A stretch of DNA of 64,000 nucleotides from Chiloscyllium plagiosum. Taxonomy: Eukaryota. Of the stretch, positions 12,950 through 25,352 are shown in pieces. The notes beneath the pieces are model-generated. The model saw nothing but the letters and a program-made list of their open reading frames with translations. It was not told where the DNA came from and did no database searches. Position 1 is the first letter of the stretch; each line of letters begins with the position of its first letter. Both the position numbers and the translations under genes were made by a program. The stretch lies in the NCBI RefSeq assembly GCF_004010195.1, contig NC_057751.1:16979585-17043584 (forward strand). Direction: 5' to 3'.

Positions 12950-14120
12950 GCTTTGGGCGGGACCTGAGGGGTGAGGGGGTGGGGGGGAGATGCCTCCCGT
13001 GGATTGGTCGCTGCGGCCGTCAGTCGAGGACGCTCACCACTCAGCGAGCGTCACCCGAACCGCCCCCCCAATTCTGATTGTGCAGGAGCGCTGTCAATCA
13101 TAGCGCACCTGATTCTGATTGGCCGGGACGTAGCCACCACCGTCTGGGGTATGACGGATTGCTTGTTGGTTATACCGCCCCTCGCTTCGAGTGAGAGCAG
13201 CCCATCAATCATCGCAGCCCGCCTTCTGATTGGAAAGGCGAGCCGTCAATCATACCCACTATTGTCCTGATTTGACGAAAGCACCGGCAGTCATCCCACC
13301 ACGCTTGTCATGGCACCGCCACTACAAGCACACCGCCCCTCACCCGATTGGACGAGCCGCACGTCAGTCAGTCGAACCGTTGCGCCTGGGTGGGCAGGCC
13401 CAGCGTCACTCGCCCCGCCTCTCGCCCGGAGTGGGCTAAACGCCCGTCCGTCAAAGGGCGCACCACTCCAATTGGCCAGCGGGGCTGTCCATCAGCTGTA
13501 AGCCCCTCCTCCCCATACAAGTATGGGACAGTAGAATGAAAGTTTTGCTGCTGGCAGCTCCGTCCAAATAATCACGCTGCGCGGGAAACCGGGGAGAGGC
13601 GGGGGGGTGGGGTTGCATAAAAAAAAAACAGAGTGGGGGAAAAAAAACCGAGGAGGGGCGGGATGAGGCCGGGAAGTACCGTCGGCGATTGGCCGTCCTC
13701 TTTCCAGGCGCTTAAACAATTTTCTCATCCGTTTTCTTTTCTCTCTCTCTAAACTTTCTTAAAAATACAAAGCGGGGGAGGTGGCGTCGAACGATTGAGG
13801 GATTGGGGGGGAAGGGGAAAAATCCGTTGACGGACGGAGGTTTGGTGGGTGGACGTGGGAAGAAGGCGGGCGGTGATTGGAGGGAAGGCCGGGTTTGAAT
13901 GAGTGAGCGGGCCGGCGATTGGTCAGCGGGCGGCGGCGGCGGCGGCGGGGTGGCCCGGATGTCGGCGCGCGCGCGCCTGTCGGTTATTGTTTGAGTGAGA
14001 GGGAGAGGGCAGTCAGTCAGAGAGAGAGAGAGAGAGAGAGGACAGCGGAACATGGTGAGTGAGTGAGTGCTTCCCTCCCGGCACCGGCACCACCCCATCC
14101 CCCTCCCCACCGGGGGTGGG
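12950..14120 (+). promoter_or_regulatory. CpG-island promoter and 5' UTR of H2AZ2 with multiple CCAAT and GC boxes
   Basis: CpG-dense. ATTGG/CCAAT near 13003, 13118, 13229, 13347, 13469, 13688, 13802, 13876, 13918; GC boxes near 13413 and 13655; (GGC)n near 13930. Confidence 0.85.
14052..14054 (+). CDS. H2AZ2: Histone H2A.Z.2 exon 1 coding part (ATG only)
   Basis: AACATG|GTGAGT at the end of a CpG island. An ATG-only first coding exon is the known H2A.Z gene structure and is in phase 0 with exon 2. Confidence 0.9.
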
Positions 14121-14148
14121 GATGTCCCGTGGACTCAAGGCCCCCCCC

Positions 14149-14440
14149 AACACCTTTCAGATTTTGTGTAGATATCTCTCCCTCCTCCTGACTATAACTA
14201 ACACCTTTCAGATTTTGTGTAGATATCTCTCCCTCCTCCTGACTATAACTAACACCTTTCAGATTTTGTGTAGATATCTCTCCCTCCTCCTGACTATAAC
14301 TAACACCTTTCAGATTCTCTCTCTCTCTCTCTCCCTCCTCCTGACTATAACTAACACCTTTCAGATTTTGTGTAGATATATCTCCCTCCTCCTGACTATA
14401 ACTAGCATAACCTTTCAGATTTTGTGTGTAGATATCTCTG
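14149..14440. repeat. 51-bp tandem repeat, about 5-6 copies, in H2AZ2 intron 1
   Basis: Unit AACACCTTTCAGATTTTGTGTAGATATCTCTCCCTCCTCCTGACTATAACT. Confidence 0.9.
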
Positions 14441-17395
14441 TCCTGATCATAACTTATCTTTCAGATTTTATATTTCCTCCTGATCATCACTATTACCATT
14501 TAGATTTTACGTACTTGTGTGCATCTATGTCTGTGTTTATGTGAAATCTTCAACCTCTTCGTGACCATAACTATCATAATTTACCAGTTGTTACGTACAA
14601 GTGTGTATGATGGTTAATATAAGATATGTTTGTGTAGAGACCCTTCCCCCGCCCCCATTTCCGATCATAAGATTATATTCTGATTTGATGTAATTTTATA
14701 TTTGTGTGCACATATGTATATGTGTGTATAAACTATGGTTTTGTGATGGTTGATATGAGAGATGTTTATGTGTGTGTGGAAAATCTTCAAACTCCCCCTT
14801 TCCCTTCATGATTATAACTAACATTAAATCTAATTGATTTATTATGAATTTTATATTTTATATGTTTGTATATGTATATAGGATGTATAGTTTGTGAGAT
14901 GTGTGTGTGCAGAAAGCACCCCTGCCCCCATCTATGCCTCTGGCCATGATAACTGTCATGATAACTATCAACTGTCATTTACATTCGTAGTATTTTATAT
15001 ACATGTGTATATGATGGTTTATAAGTGAAATGTGTATGTATCTTGTCAGTATGATGGGTTATATCTCTCCCCTGAACCATCATTCCTTCTTATTTGTTAT
15101 TTTCATCAGTGTCTCTCTCCCCCCAACCCCCTTCGTATTTATTTTCTTTGGGGAATGGTTTTGATTTTTATTTTCCATTTCTGCTTTTCCCATTCTGAAG
15201 TTCTCCTCTTGTTGGTGGTTGTTTTTTTTTCTCCCTCTCTACCCCCTTCCTCATTTATTTGCAATCCTGGCAACATGAGTTTTTTTAAAATCTGCTCTCT
15301 ATATTTCCCTCCTTTTTTGTGTCTCCATTCCCCTGCAGAGTTTCTGTTCCTCTGATGTCTCCCTCTGTCTGACCTACCTTTCTTCTCTCTGTTTAGCCCC
15401 CTCTTGCTCATTTACTCCCCTCCCTGTCTGCATCCCCCCCATCACCAAAAAAGCTCATCTTTGACATGTTTTCCGTTTATTTAATCCACTTTTTCCATAG
15501 TACTGATGGCATCTTGTTTATAATGTGCTTGTCCTAAAGGTTCACAGCTGCTGACTAAATTTGCAGTTTATCAGTTGGGTTGTCCTTTTCGTTTTGCATT
15601 TGGTGTCTATAAATAATTGAATAGTACACAATGTAAATGTTGCTTTCGTCAGAGATTATGGTCTTGTGCTCATCAGGACTGAAATGCAAGAAAAACCATC
15701 TTGGAGCTATGACATTGAAAGTTGTCCCGAAGTCTCCGTTTTATAATTCAGACAATTTTCAAGTTGTGTCTTGTTTCCTTTGAACGTCGGTGTAACTTTT
15801 AAAATACAGCAAATTGTGCCACTCAGGTTAGTTTAGTTATGAAATTGCCTTGTATTGTTTTGCTTAATCGCTGGCAAGGTCTCCTTTTAGGGAAAATCAA
15901 ATTTAAATTTAATTTCTCCTTTGCAAGGATCGATTGGAAATTTTATTTGCTTCAGCCCAGTCTCGGATCTGTAGCGTAGAGGGTTATATAAGGGTTTTCA
16001 TGATGAGTATGATTAGTTTGGACTGTTAATGTAGCTTAACATTTAAAATGGGCAGGCAGTTAAACTAAGCAATAGGAATTTATTTTCTTTGAATTAAGTT
16101 TCAAGTGCTCTGTATTTATGGATGAATTTGACCTCAGATATTCAATACCCAAAATGTGCACCGAGACAGAATGTTACCAAGTGATCTGAATTTTGTCAAA
16201 ATACCTTTATGTAGTTTTTCAGAGCTGCATTCACTTTTTGAATTCCTGAGAGATCACGTTTATTATCTTTGTTAAGTTTATATATCTGAGCCACCAAATT
16301 GAATTCCTGGACGTTGGCACTGTCCAGTTTGCAGTTTCATAGTACAAACCTTGGATCAGTTTTATTTGCAATTGTGATTGAGGGCAATGATTCCCAAAAG
16401 CAGTGGGGTGTGAGTTGAAATGTCCTGAAGTAATCATTCCCCACCCCCGAGTGCACAGGCATGCACCACCACAAACATTGGAATGGGATTATAGTGGGGC
16501 GAAACATTTGGGAAGGAAGGGTTGACATTATGTAGGTGAAGGGTGCACTTGTCTGGTTTTGGGCTGAATCACATTGATTTTATTGGTGATGTTTCAGTTG
16601 CATCTATCATCTCAGGCGGTAGCAGCAACTCAAAGTCAAGGTTTAATTGTATACTCGGGCTGGGTAATTCTCTCCTTGGTTGTCAGTATATTCTTGTCTT
16701 AAAAAAAACCTAATGCCTTATCTTGACAGTTAACAGTAGATCCAATAGAAATCTATTTTGCTTCAGATTGTTGGCTTGTTTACATATCCCATTTCAGGTT
16801 TTGATGATGCTCATGTCTGCAGCTAAGGTGTCCACGTTGCTGTGTTTTGAGGCAAATCTATGAACCCAAATGTTTTAGTTAATCTTGAGAGTTGGGCATC
16901 GATGCTAAGTAGGATTAGAAATCGTGAATTCCAGTGTGTTGCAAGTAGCCTCATTGTCTTAAAAGTTCTTTGCAGATACATTTTGTTTCCTGAATTTCTT
17001 TACTATATTTGGAAGACTGGACCAGTATCTCCAATTGTGAAGTGCCCGCAGTTGCACACTTAAAAGGTATTCATTGTACCTTGAATGAGATTTTTGAGTA
17101 ACAACTTTTAACATTGCAGTGATAAAAAAAACTTGCCTAGTCGAAATAAAAATGCAGCTGTTTATACAATTGTCTTCCTAGCTTAATTTTGACACCTAGC
17201 TGCTATTTCCACAAAAGATGTTGAACCTGTCTTGTGAGATTTCTAATGAGCTTTAAAGTGAATTTTGTCTCTTTGTTTTGTTGAAACACATACATCTAGA
17301 TTTCAAAGAAAGTTTCAACATTAAATTTACAGAATATAAATTTATAGTCTCAGACATCAATAACATGCTGGTCTAATATGGCGCTCGAATATATT

Positions 17396-18298
17396 GTAAG
17401 AGAACAGGCAGGAGGCTGGAAAAACACAGCGAGCCAGGCAGCACCAGGAGGGGGAGAAGTTGACAGTTTGGGTGTAACCCTTCATCAGGACTGGAGGTGG
17501 GTGTAGGAGGAGCTGCCAATAAAGGGGAGTGGCAGGAGCAGGGTGGTGAAGTGGAGAATAGGAAAGTCTGGTAGAGGGTTACGATCTGGTTGGTCAGTGG
17601 GATGAATGCATTTGGTTAGTGGAAGGGAAGAGGCTGAGTAGGGAGGTGGGGGGCAAGGAAGGGAGGGTATTTGAAATTGGTGAGCTCCATGTGGAGTCCT
17701 CCTGGCTATAGATGAAGTGGTGTTCCTCCAGTCTGAGGTTTGGTTCATTGTGGCAATGGAGGAGGCCACGGATAGTCATGTCAGAAGGGGAGTGGGAAGA
17801 GGAATTAAAATGGGCAGTGACTGGGAGGTCTGGTCGGCCCCTGCGGGCCCAGCTGAGATATTTGAAGAGAAGCAGGTGAACCTCTGTCTCACCTGGAAGG
17901 GCTGTTTGGGGCCTAGATGGAGGTGTGGTGTACCAGCAGGTTTTCCGGTTGCAGTGGAAGGTACCTGGGAGTTCGGGTGGGGTTGGTGGGGAGAGTGGCA
18001 CAAACCAAGGACTGTTGAAGGGAACGGTTCTTGCGGAAGGCACAGAGGAGTGGGGAGGGGAAGATGTTCTTGGAGTTGGACTTCCATGCCTCCCTGCCGC
18101 CACTGGATTCATTCCTCCCATTGACCAACTAGGATGTACCCTCTACCTGACTTCACCACCCTGCCCCCACCACCTTTTATCTGCAGCTCCCCCTGTGCCC
18201 ACCCCGTGTCCTGAAGAAGGGTTATATCCGAAACATCGACTTCTCCCCCTCCTGGTGCTGCCTGGCTTGCTGTGTTCTTCCAGCCTCCTGCCTGTCTA
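17396..18298 (-). mobile_element. Penelope-like insertion with about 190-bp inverted termini and 13-bp TSD, in H2AZ2 intron 1
   Basis: GIY-YIG remnant (PVTAHFNSSSHSPSDMTIRGLLHC). Termini are reverse complements. TSD GCTCGAATATATT (17383-17395) and GCTGGAATATATT (18299-18311). Confidence 0.85.
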
Positions 18299-18484
18299 GC
18301 TGGAATATATTAGCACTGTTTTGTGATGACCAACTGCAGACATTTCTATTGGAAGTTAAATTATAGTTTATTTTTTTGAACAACCCAGTTATATCCCTAT
18401 AAACTTATAAAAGCATAACTTTGCCATTATTCATTTCCGTGTACAAACATTTTTTGCTATATTGATTCTGTCTGTCTTTGGCAG

Positions 18485-18562
18485 GCTGGCGGGAAAGCTG
18501 GGAAGGACTCGGGAAAGGCCAAGGCGAAAGCAGTTTCCCGTTCTCAGAGAGCAGGATTACAG
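18485..18562 (+). CDS. H2AZ2: Histone H2A.Z.2 exon 2 (AGGKAGKDSGKAKAKAVSRSQRAGLQ)
   Basis: ctttggcag acceptor and CAG|gtacgg donor, 78 nt. Translation is the H2A.Z N-terminus with KAKAKA (Ala14, Z.2 type). Confidence 0.97.
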
Positions 18563-19674
18563 GTACGGTAGGTTTTGTGATCCCAGTAGTTTTCACAAGC
18601 GAGTAAAAGATGTCCTTTCAGAGCTGGGGCCAAGACTCCCAATTAATGTAGACAGTGCTAGTGAAATTAATTTAGAAGAAAACAATATCAATTTCCATAA
18701 GTGCATTTAACGTAAATGGTATTCTCAACTGACAGCCTGATTCTGATCTTTATGATGGGCTGGTTGAGGATGTTATCCCTAAAGAACCTGTTATACGATA
18801 GCATTTTAAAGAGTTGCGTCCTTATTGTACGACTCCAGTCATTTGATGGTTTCCGGTTCGGTCTTGTTTTACTAGCCACTCCTAATGCCATGAGATGTTG
18901 CCTGTCAATGGTGACTCTTCTTCCCCATACTCTTAACATTCTGTTTTTGAATGAGAATTTGCATCACGCCTGCAGTTGAATTCTGAAGCAGTCTTTCTGG
19001 AAGAAACTGAACAGAGTGCCTGAGTTTATTGACAATTTGCAGTTGCTTCATGGTGTTTTCAGTAGCTCTTGTTCGCTCAACTGATGACTGGGATATGGCT
19101 GACAGTACAGCAACTGGTCCAATTCAGTCTATCCTGTTTTGGGAGTGACATTTTCTCATTGGACAGATTTTTAGATTTCTTACTGCCATTCTGAAGGCAT
19201 TCAGTGCAGTCAGGAATATGTTGCTGCTTAATGTTAGTCTACTGAATTGGTCGGACACTGGTATCTGTCATGATATGGGCTTAAAGGGGAGAGGAAAATC
19301 AGCTGCACTTGTCCATGCAGGGCGTTTGATTAAAATATTTGCAAATGTTTTAGCTTCATACTATCTATTGCCCGTTTCTGTTGGTGTTTTAGCATGCAGG
19401 TAATCTTGTGTATTCCTTCTCCCGAGTAGTTCCAAGGTATGACTGACACTGCTTTCAGCACACCTTTTCCCAATCCCCAGTGAGGGCCATCATACAGTTT
19501 TGCTGGGCCATTTTGTTTTTTTCAAAAATATACCATATTCAAAGAGATATTTAAATCTGGTTACTAAAGCAGTTCGGTCCTGTAGAGTAGCGTGTGGAGA
19601 AACCAACAAATATTGGAGTTTGACTTCATCCAGCAAACAAACCCAAAGCACTTCTTATTTACATCACATACTAT

Positions 19675-21520
19675 TTAGAGTCATAGGGATGGACAGCACG
19701 GAAACAGACCTGTCCATGCTGACCCAGATATCCCAACCCAATCCAGTCCCACCTGCCAGCACCTGGCCCATATCCCTCCAAACCCTTCCTATTCATATAC
19801 ACATCCAAATGTTGCAATTGTACCAGCCTCCAGCACATCCTCTGGCAGCTCATTCCATACATGTACCACCCTCTGTGTGAAAAAGTTGTCCCTTAGGTCT
19901 CTTTTCTACCTTTCCCCTCTCACCCTAAACCTATGCCCTCTAGTTCTGGACTCCCCCACCCCAGGGAAAAGACCTTGTCTATTTACCCTATCCATGCCCC
20001 TCATAATTTTGTAAACTTCTATAAGGTCACCCCTCAGCCTCCGACGCTCCAGGGAAAACAGCCCCAGCCTGTTCAGCCTCTCCCTGTAGTTCAGTTCCTC
20101 CAACCCTGGCAACATCCTTGTAAATCTTTTCTGAACCCTTTCAAGTTTCACAACATCTTTCTGATAGGAAGGAGACCAGNNNNNNNNNNNNNNNNNNNNN
20201 NNNNNNNNNNNNNNNNNNNNNNNNNNNNNNNNNNNNNNNNNNTGTATAAGTCCTGCAAAGATTTGCTTTCTCAAAATGCAGCACCTCGCATTTATCTGAA
20301 TTAAACTCCATCTGCCAATCCTCAGCCCATTGGCCCATCTGGTCCAGATCCTGTTGTAATCTGAGGTAACCCTCTTCGCTGTCCACTACACCTCCAATTT
20401 TGGTGTCATCTGCAAACTTATTAACTGTATCTCTTGCTTGCATCTAAGTCATTTATGTAAATGAAAAAAGCAGAGGGAGCAACACCGATCCTTGTGGCAC
20501 TCCACTGGTCACAGGCCTCCAGTCTGAAAAACAACCCTTCACCACCACCCTCTGTCTTCTACCTTTGAGCCAGTTCTGTATCCAAATGGCTAGTTCTCCC
20601 TGTATTCCATGAGATCTAACCTTGTTAATCAGTCTCCCATGGGGAACCTTGTCGAACACCTTACTGAAGTCCATATAGATCACATCTACTGCTCTGCCCT
20701 CATCAATCTTCTTTGTTACTTCTTCAAAAAAAACTCAATCAAGTTTGTGAGACATGATTTCCCACGCACAAGGCCATGTTGACTATCCCTAATCAGTCTT
20801 TGCCTTTCCAAATATATGTACATCCTGTCCCTCAGGATTCCCTCCAACAACTTGCCTACCACCATGGTCAGGTTCACCAGTCTATAGTTCCCTGGCTTGT
20901 CCTTCGCACTCCTCTTGAACAGTGGCACCACGTTTGTCAACCTCCAGTCTTCCAGCACCTCACCTGTGATTATCGATGATACAAATAAATATCTGAGCAA
21001 GAGGCCCAGCAATCACGTCTCTAGCTTCCCACAGAGTTCTCTGGTACACCTGATCAGGTCCTGGGGATTTATCCACCTTTACCCGTTTCAAGACATCCAA
21101 CACTTCCTCCTCTGTAATCTGGACATTTTGCAAGATGTCACGATCTATTTCCCTGCAGTCTATATCTTCCATATCCTTTTCCACAGTAAATACTGATGTA
21201 AAATACTAGTTTAGTATTGCCCCCATTTTCTGTGGCTCCACACAAAGGCCGCCTTGCTGATCGTTGAGGAGCCCTATTCGCTCCCTAGTTACCCTTTTTG
21301 TCCTTAATATATTTGTACAAACCCTTTGGATTCTCTTTAATCCAATTGCCAAAGCTATCTCATGTCCCCTTTTTGCCCTCCTGATTTCCCTCTTAAGTAT
21401 ACTCCTACTGCCTTTATACTCTTCTAAGGATTCACTCGATCTCTCCTGTCAGCCCTGACAGGAATATACTTTCTCTGGATTCTCATTATCTCATTTCTGA
21501 AGGCTTCCCATTTTCCAGCC
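19675..21520 (-). mobile_element. CR1/HER1 LINE ORF2 (RT) fragment spanning a small N-gap
   Basis: VDKSPGPDQ, VVPLFK..DKPGNYR, IYMDFSKVFDKVPH, VTSGVPQGSVL, KFADDTKIGG; frameshifted. Confidence 0.93.
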
Positions 21521-21529
21521 TACATACAA

Positions 21530-21750
21530 AAATAGAAATTGCTGGAAACAACTCAGCCGGTCTGGCAGCATCAGTGGAGAGAAATCGGAGTTAACGTTTT
21601 TAGGGTTGAGTGACCTTTCCTCCGAGCTCAGGGGGGTTCTAAGGGAGGGTCAAACGACCTGAAATGTTAGCTCTGATTTCTCACCACAGATGTTGCCAGG
21701 CCTGCTCCAGCAGTTTTTATGTTTGCCTCTGATTTACAGCATCCGCAGTT
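21530..21750. mobile_element. Palindromic Penelope-derived mini-element (older, degenerate)
   Basis: GGTCTGGCAGCATCAGTGGAGAGAAATCGGAGTTAAC is inverted as GTTAGCTCTGATTTCTCACCACAGATGTTGCCAGGCC. Confidence 0.65.
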
Positions 21751-21754
21751 AGAA

Positions 21755-22410
21755 CATAGAGCAGTACAGGCCCTTCGGCTCAATTTGTTGTGCCGACCTT
21801 TTATCCTACTTGAAAAATTAACCACGGGCCCTTCATTGTACTGTCATCCATGTGCCTATTTAACAGTCATGGAAGTCTCTATCTATCTACTCTGTCTATT
21901 CCTCTCATCATTTTGCACACCTCTGTCAGGTCACCTCTCATCCTTCTTCACTTCAGTTAGAAAAGCCCTAGCTCCCTCAATCTTTCTTCATCATTCATGC
22001 CCTCCAGTCCAGGCAACATCCTGGTAAATCTCCTCCGCACCCTTTTTAAAGCTTCCACATCCTTCCTATAATGAGGCGACCAGAACAGTGTGGTCTAACG
22101 GCTTTATAACACTGTAGCATAATCTTATGACTGTTGAACTCTGTCCCCCTGCTAACGAAAGCCAAAACACCATACGCCACCTTAACAACCCTATCAACTT
22201 GGGAGGCAACTTTGAGGGATCTGTGAACATGGACCGCAAGATTCCTCTGTTCCTCCACACTGCCAAGAATCCTGTCTTTAACCCTGTATTCTGCAGTCAA
22301 ATCCGACCTTCCAAAATGAATCACTTCCACTTTTCCAGGTTGAACTTCTGCCGATTCTCAGCCCAGCTCTGCATCCTGTCAATGTCTGGTTTCAACCTCC
22401 CACAGCCCTC
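21755..22410 (-). mobile_element. CR1 LINE fragment
   Basis: EVIHFGRS...VHVHRSLKVASQVDRVVK. Confidence 0.85.
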
Positions 22411-22713
22411 TGTTTTGGGTTTTATGTACTACTTATACACATTCGAGGCACCGGGAAGGTTCAGTAACTGAATGACTCCCACTGTACTTTAGTAGAAAGA
22501 CCTTGGCAGCTGGTGTCCCAAGCTTTAAGACATCCCTCAGCACATCGACCTGGGCCTTGTAGTTCTGCTGGGCTGTTGTCCTAGGTGGTTATCCAGGCTT
22601 GGACCACTTTGTCAGCCTTCTGTTCCACTGAGCACAGCACAGTTGTGGATCTGTGCTTCACAATGGAGGTTACTATCCCTGGAGAAGCAATCACCTGTCC
22701 AGTGTGTTCTGGT

Positions 22714-22902
22714 TGAGAGTGCGGTGCTGGAAAAGCACGGCCGGTCAGGCAGCGTCCGAGGGGCAAGAAAACCGAAGTTTCGGGCAAAAGCCCTCTGCCA
22801 GGGCTTTAATTTCCTGCTCCTTGGATGCTGCCTGATCTGCTGTGCTTTTCCAGCGCCACTCTCTCGACTCTGATCTCCAGCATCTGCAGGCCTCACTTTC
22901 GC
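22714..22902. mobile_element. Palindromic Penelope-derived mini-element with 15-bp TSD
   Basis: Inverted arms. TSD CCAGTGTGTTCTGGT (22699-22713) and CCAATGTGTTCTGGT (22903-22917). Confidence 0.85.
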
Positions 22903-23612
22903 CCAATGTGTTCTGGTGCCCAGACCAGCTGAAATTCCTGATATGACTGCTGTGCCCTTCAGGATTTAATCAACTCAGTCAGCAGGATGGTGAGGCCGTT
23001 TAAAGATATGTCATGCTCTTCTGGAAGTAATATTCATCTTGGACTTCCCTTGATATGATTTGAATGGAAGCCATAACTTTCTGCAGTCTGAGAGAGCTCA
23101 AGGGCTACTCCATTCACTCCTTGCTGTTGGGTTTGTGAGGTTAGCCAGTCCCCACATTCAAGGGGAATGCTAGACGCACCCTGACCCTTGCTGCACATGT
23201 GCAGATTTCAGAGCCTCAGCTAATGCAGTGCTTCATGATCACTCCCCTGAAAATGGATTGACTGTCCCTGGCAAGGTCTTGAAAGGTGCCAACGAATCAA
23301 ACTTGAGTCGGGGTGGGAAGACCTTCTGAGTTTGTCACATTTTCCTCTTCTGGTCTCTGCGTCTTGATGTCCGTAACACTTTGTTCATCTGGCAACAAGT
23401 GTGGTGACCACAGAAGCTGAGAGGTCAGGTTTGTAGAACAGCAAAGTGGCTGAGATTGGCTGGCTAACTTGCATAAAATCATAAAACCGACATCTCAGCT
23501 TCTTTCTCAATAACCCTAGTGTGTATGTTAAGAGTGAAGAGGAGAGGATCCTCCTGTGCACTAACTGTTAAATGCTATGCAAGTGGCAGTTGACATGGAC
23601 GTATGTTAGTGA

Positions 23613-24308
23613 CTTTAGATTAGATTCCCTACCGTGTGGAAACAGGCCCTTCGGCCCAATCAGTCCACACCGACCCTCCGAACAGTAACCCACCCAAACC
23701 CATTTCCCTCTGACTAAAGCACCTAACACTAATGTAGCACGGCCAATCCACCCTAACCTGCACATCCCTGAGCACTATGGGTAATGTAGCATGGCCAATC
23801 CACCCTAACCTGCACATCCCTGAGCACTATGGGTAATTTAGCATGGCCAATCCACCCTAACCTGCACATCCCTGGGCACTGTGGGTAATTTAGCACGGCC
23901 AATCCACCCTAACCTGCACATCCCTGAGCACTGTGGGTAATTTAGCATGGCCTATCCACCCTAACCTGCGCATCTTTGTAACTGTGGGAGGAAACCAGAG
24001 CACCTGGAGGAAACCCACGCAGACACAGGGAGAATGTGCAAACTCCACACAGTCACCCAANNNNNNNNNNNNNNNGGCCAATCCACCCTAACCTGCACAT
24101 CCCTGAGCACAATGGGTAATTTAGCATGGCCTATCCACCCTAACCTGCACATCCCTGAACACTGTGGGAGGAAACCAGAGCACCTGGAGGAAACCCACGC
24201 AGACACAGGGAGAATGTGCAAACTCCACACAGTCACCCAAGGTTGGAATCGAACCGGGGTCCCTGGCGCTGTGAAGCAGCAGTGCTAACCACTGAGCCAC
24301 CATGCCGT
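23613..24308 (-). mobile_element. HE1-type SINE with about 5 internal units; part duplicated across a 15-N gap
   Basis: (TAGAT)n tail at the left, tRNA head at the right. The sequence at 23980-24060 is repeated at 24160-24240. Confidence 0.85.
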
Positions 24309-24537
24309 CCTTGTTTTAGTTTTGGTTGTTCTATCAATCAAATTCCTAATTTGCTCAAGTCTGTTTGTTTGGGATTGCTTAGAAATCTAGAGAATAGAAG
24401 CTCGAGTGGGACGTTTGGCCCCAAGGACACTATTAACCACGTTGTATGTAATGTGTGAGGTTGTGAAGAAAGGGGTCAGAAGGTAGTGAGTGTATTAACA
24501 GCTGCAGAATTCTTGAAGGCTGTTTAATGTTAACACT

Positions 24538-24554
24538 GCCACTAGATGGTGCTG
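24538..24554 (+). promoter_or_regulatory. Candidate CTCF site
   Basis: GCCACTAGATGGTGCTG resembles the CTCF core. Motif match only. Confidence 0.45.
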
Positions 24555-24852
24555 CAACTGCACGTATACAGACACACACTCACACTCACTCTTTCTCATA
24601 TTCAACACACACACACACACACACTCTTGTTGTGCAACATCTCTTCAAAATGCCAGATTTACAAGCAAATGTGTGGATGTAAATGCTGAATGACAGTGGT
24701 CCCAGCGTTGTACCTTCTGGAACACCATATCCAATCTTTAGCCAGTCTGCGCAGTCCCCCTGTGGCTGGTGGAGGAGGTGGTATGAGCGGAAATCTGATT
24801 TGTGTTTTTTTTCCTCTCCAGTTTCCCATTCCATTCAGTCAAGTCAAATTCA

Positions 24853-25352
24853 NNNNNNNNNNNNNNNNNNNNNNNNNNNNNNNNNNNNNNNNNNNNNNNN
24901 NNNNNNNNNNNNNNNNNNNNNNNNNNNNNNNNNNNNNNNNNNNNNNNNNNNNNNNNNNNNNNNNNNNNNNNNNNNNNNNNNNNNNNNNNNNNNNNNNNNN
25001 NNNNNNNNNNNNNNNNNNNNNNNNNNNNNNNNNNNNNNNNNNNNNNNNNNNNNNNNNNNNNNNNNNNNNNNNNNNNNNNNNNNNNNNNNNNNNNNNNNNN
25101 NNNNNNNNNNNNNNNNNNNNNNNNNNNNNNNNNNNNNNNNNNNNNNNNNNNNNNNNNNNNNNNNNNNNNNNNNNNNNNNNNNNNNNNNNNNNNNNNNNNN
25201 NNNNNNNNNNNNNNNNNNNNNNNNNNNNNNNNNNNNNNNNNNNNNNNNNNNNNNNNNNNNNNNNNNNNNNNNNNNNNNNNNNNNNNNNNNNNNNNNNNNN
25301 NNNNNNNNNNNNNNNNNNNNNNNNNNNNNNNNNNNNNNNNNNNNNNNNNNNN
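24853..25352. other. Assembly gap of exactly 500 N
   Basis: N run counted from line coordinates. The round size suggests a scaffolding join of unknown true size. Confidence 0.97.

Noticed and set aside
14059..14544. 161-aa repetitive hydrophobic ORF
   Set aside because: Translation of the 51-bp intronic tandem repeat, starting inside the exon 1 donor region.
23890..24240. Tandem SINE dimer
   Set aside because: Near-identical sequence on both sides of a 15-N gap is best explained as unmerged contig overlap.
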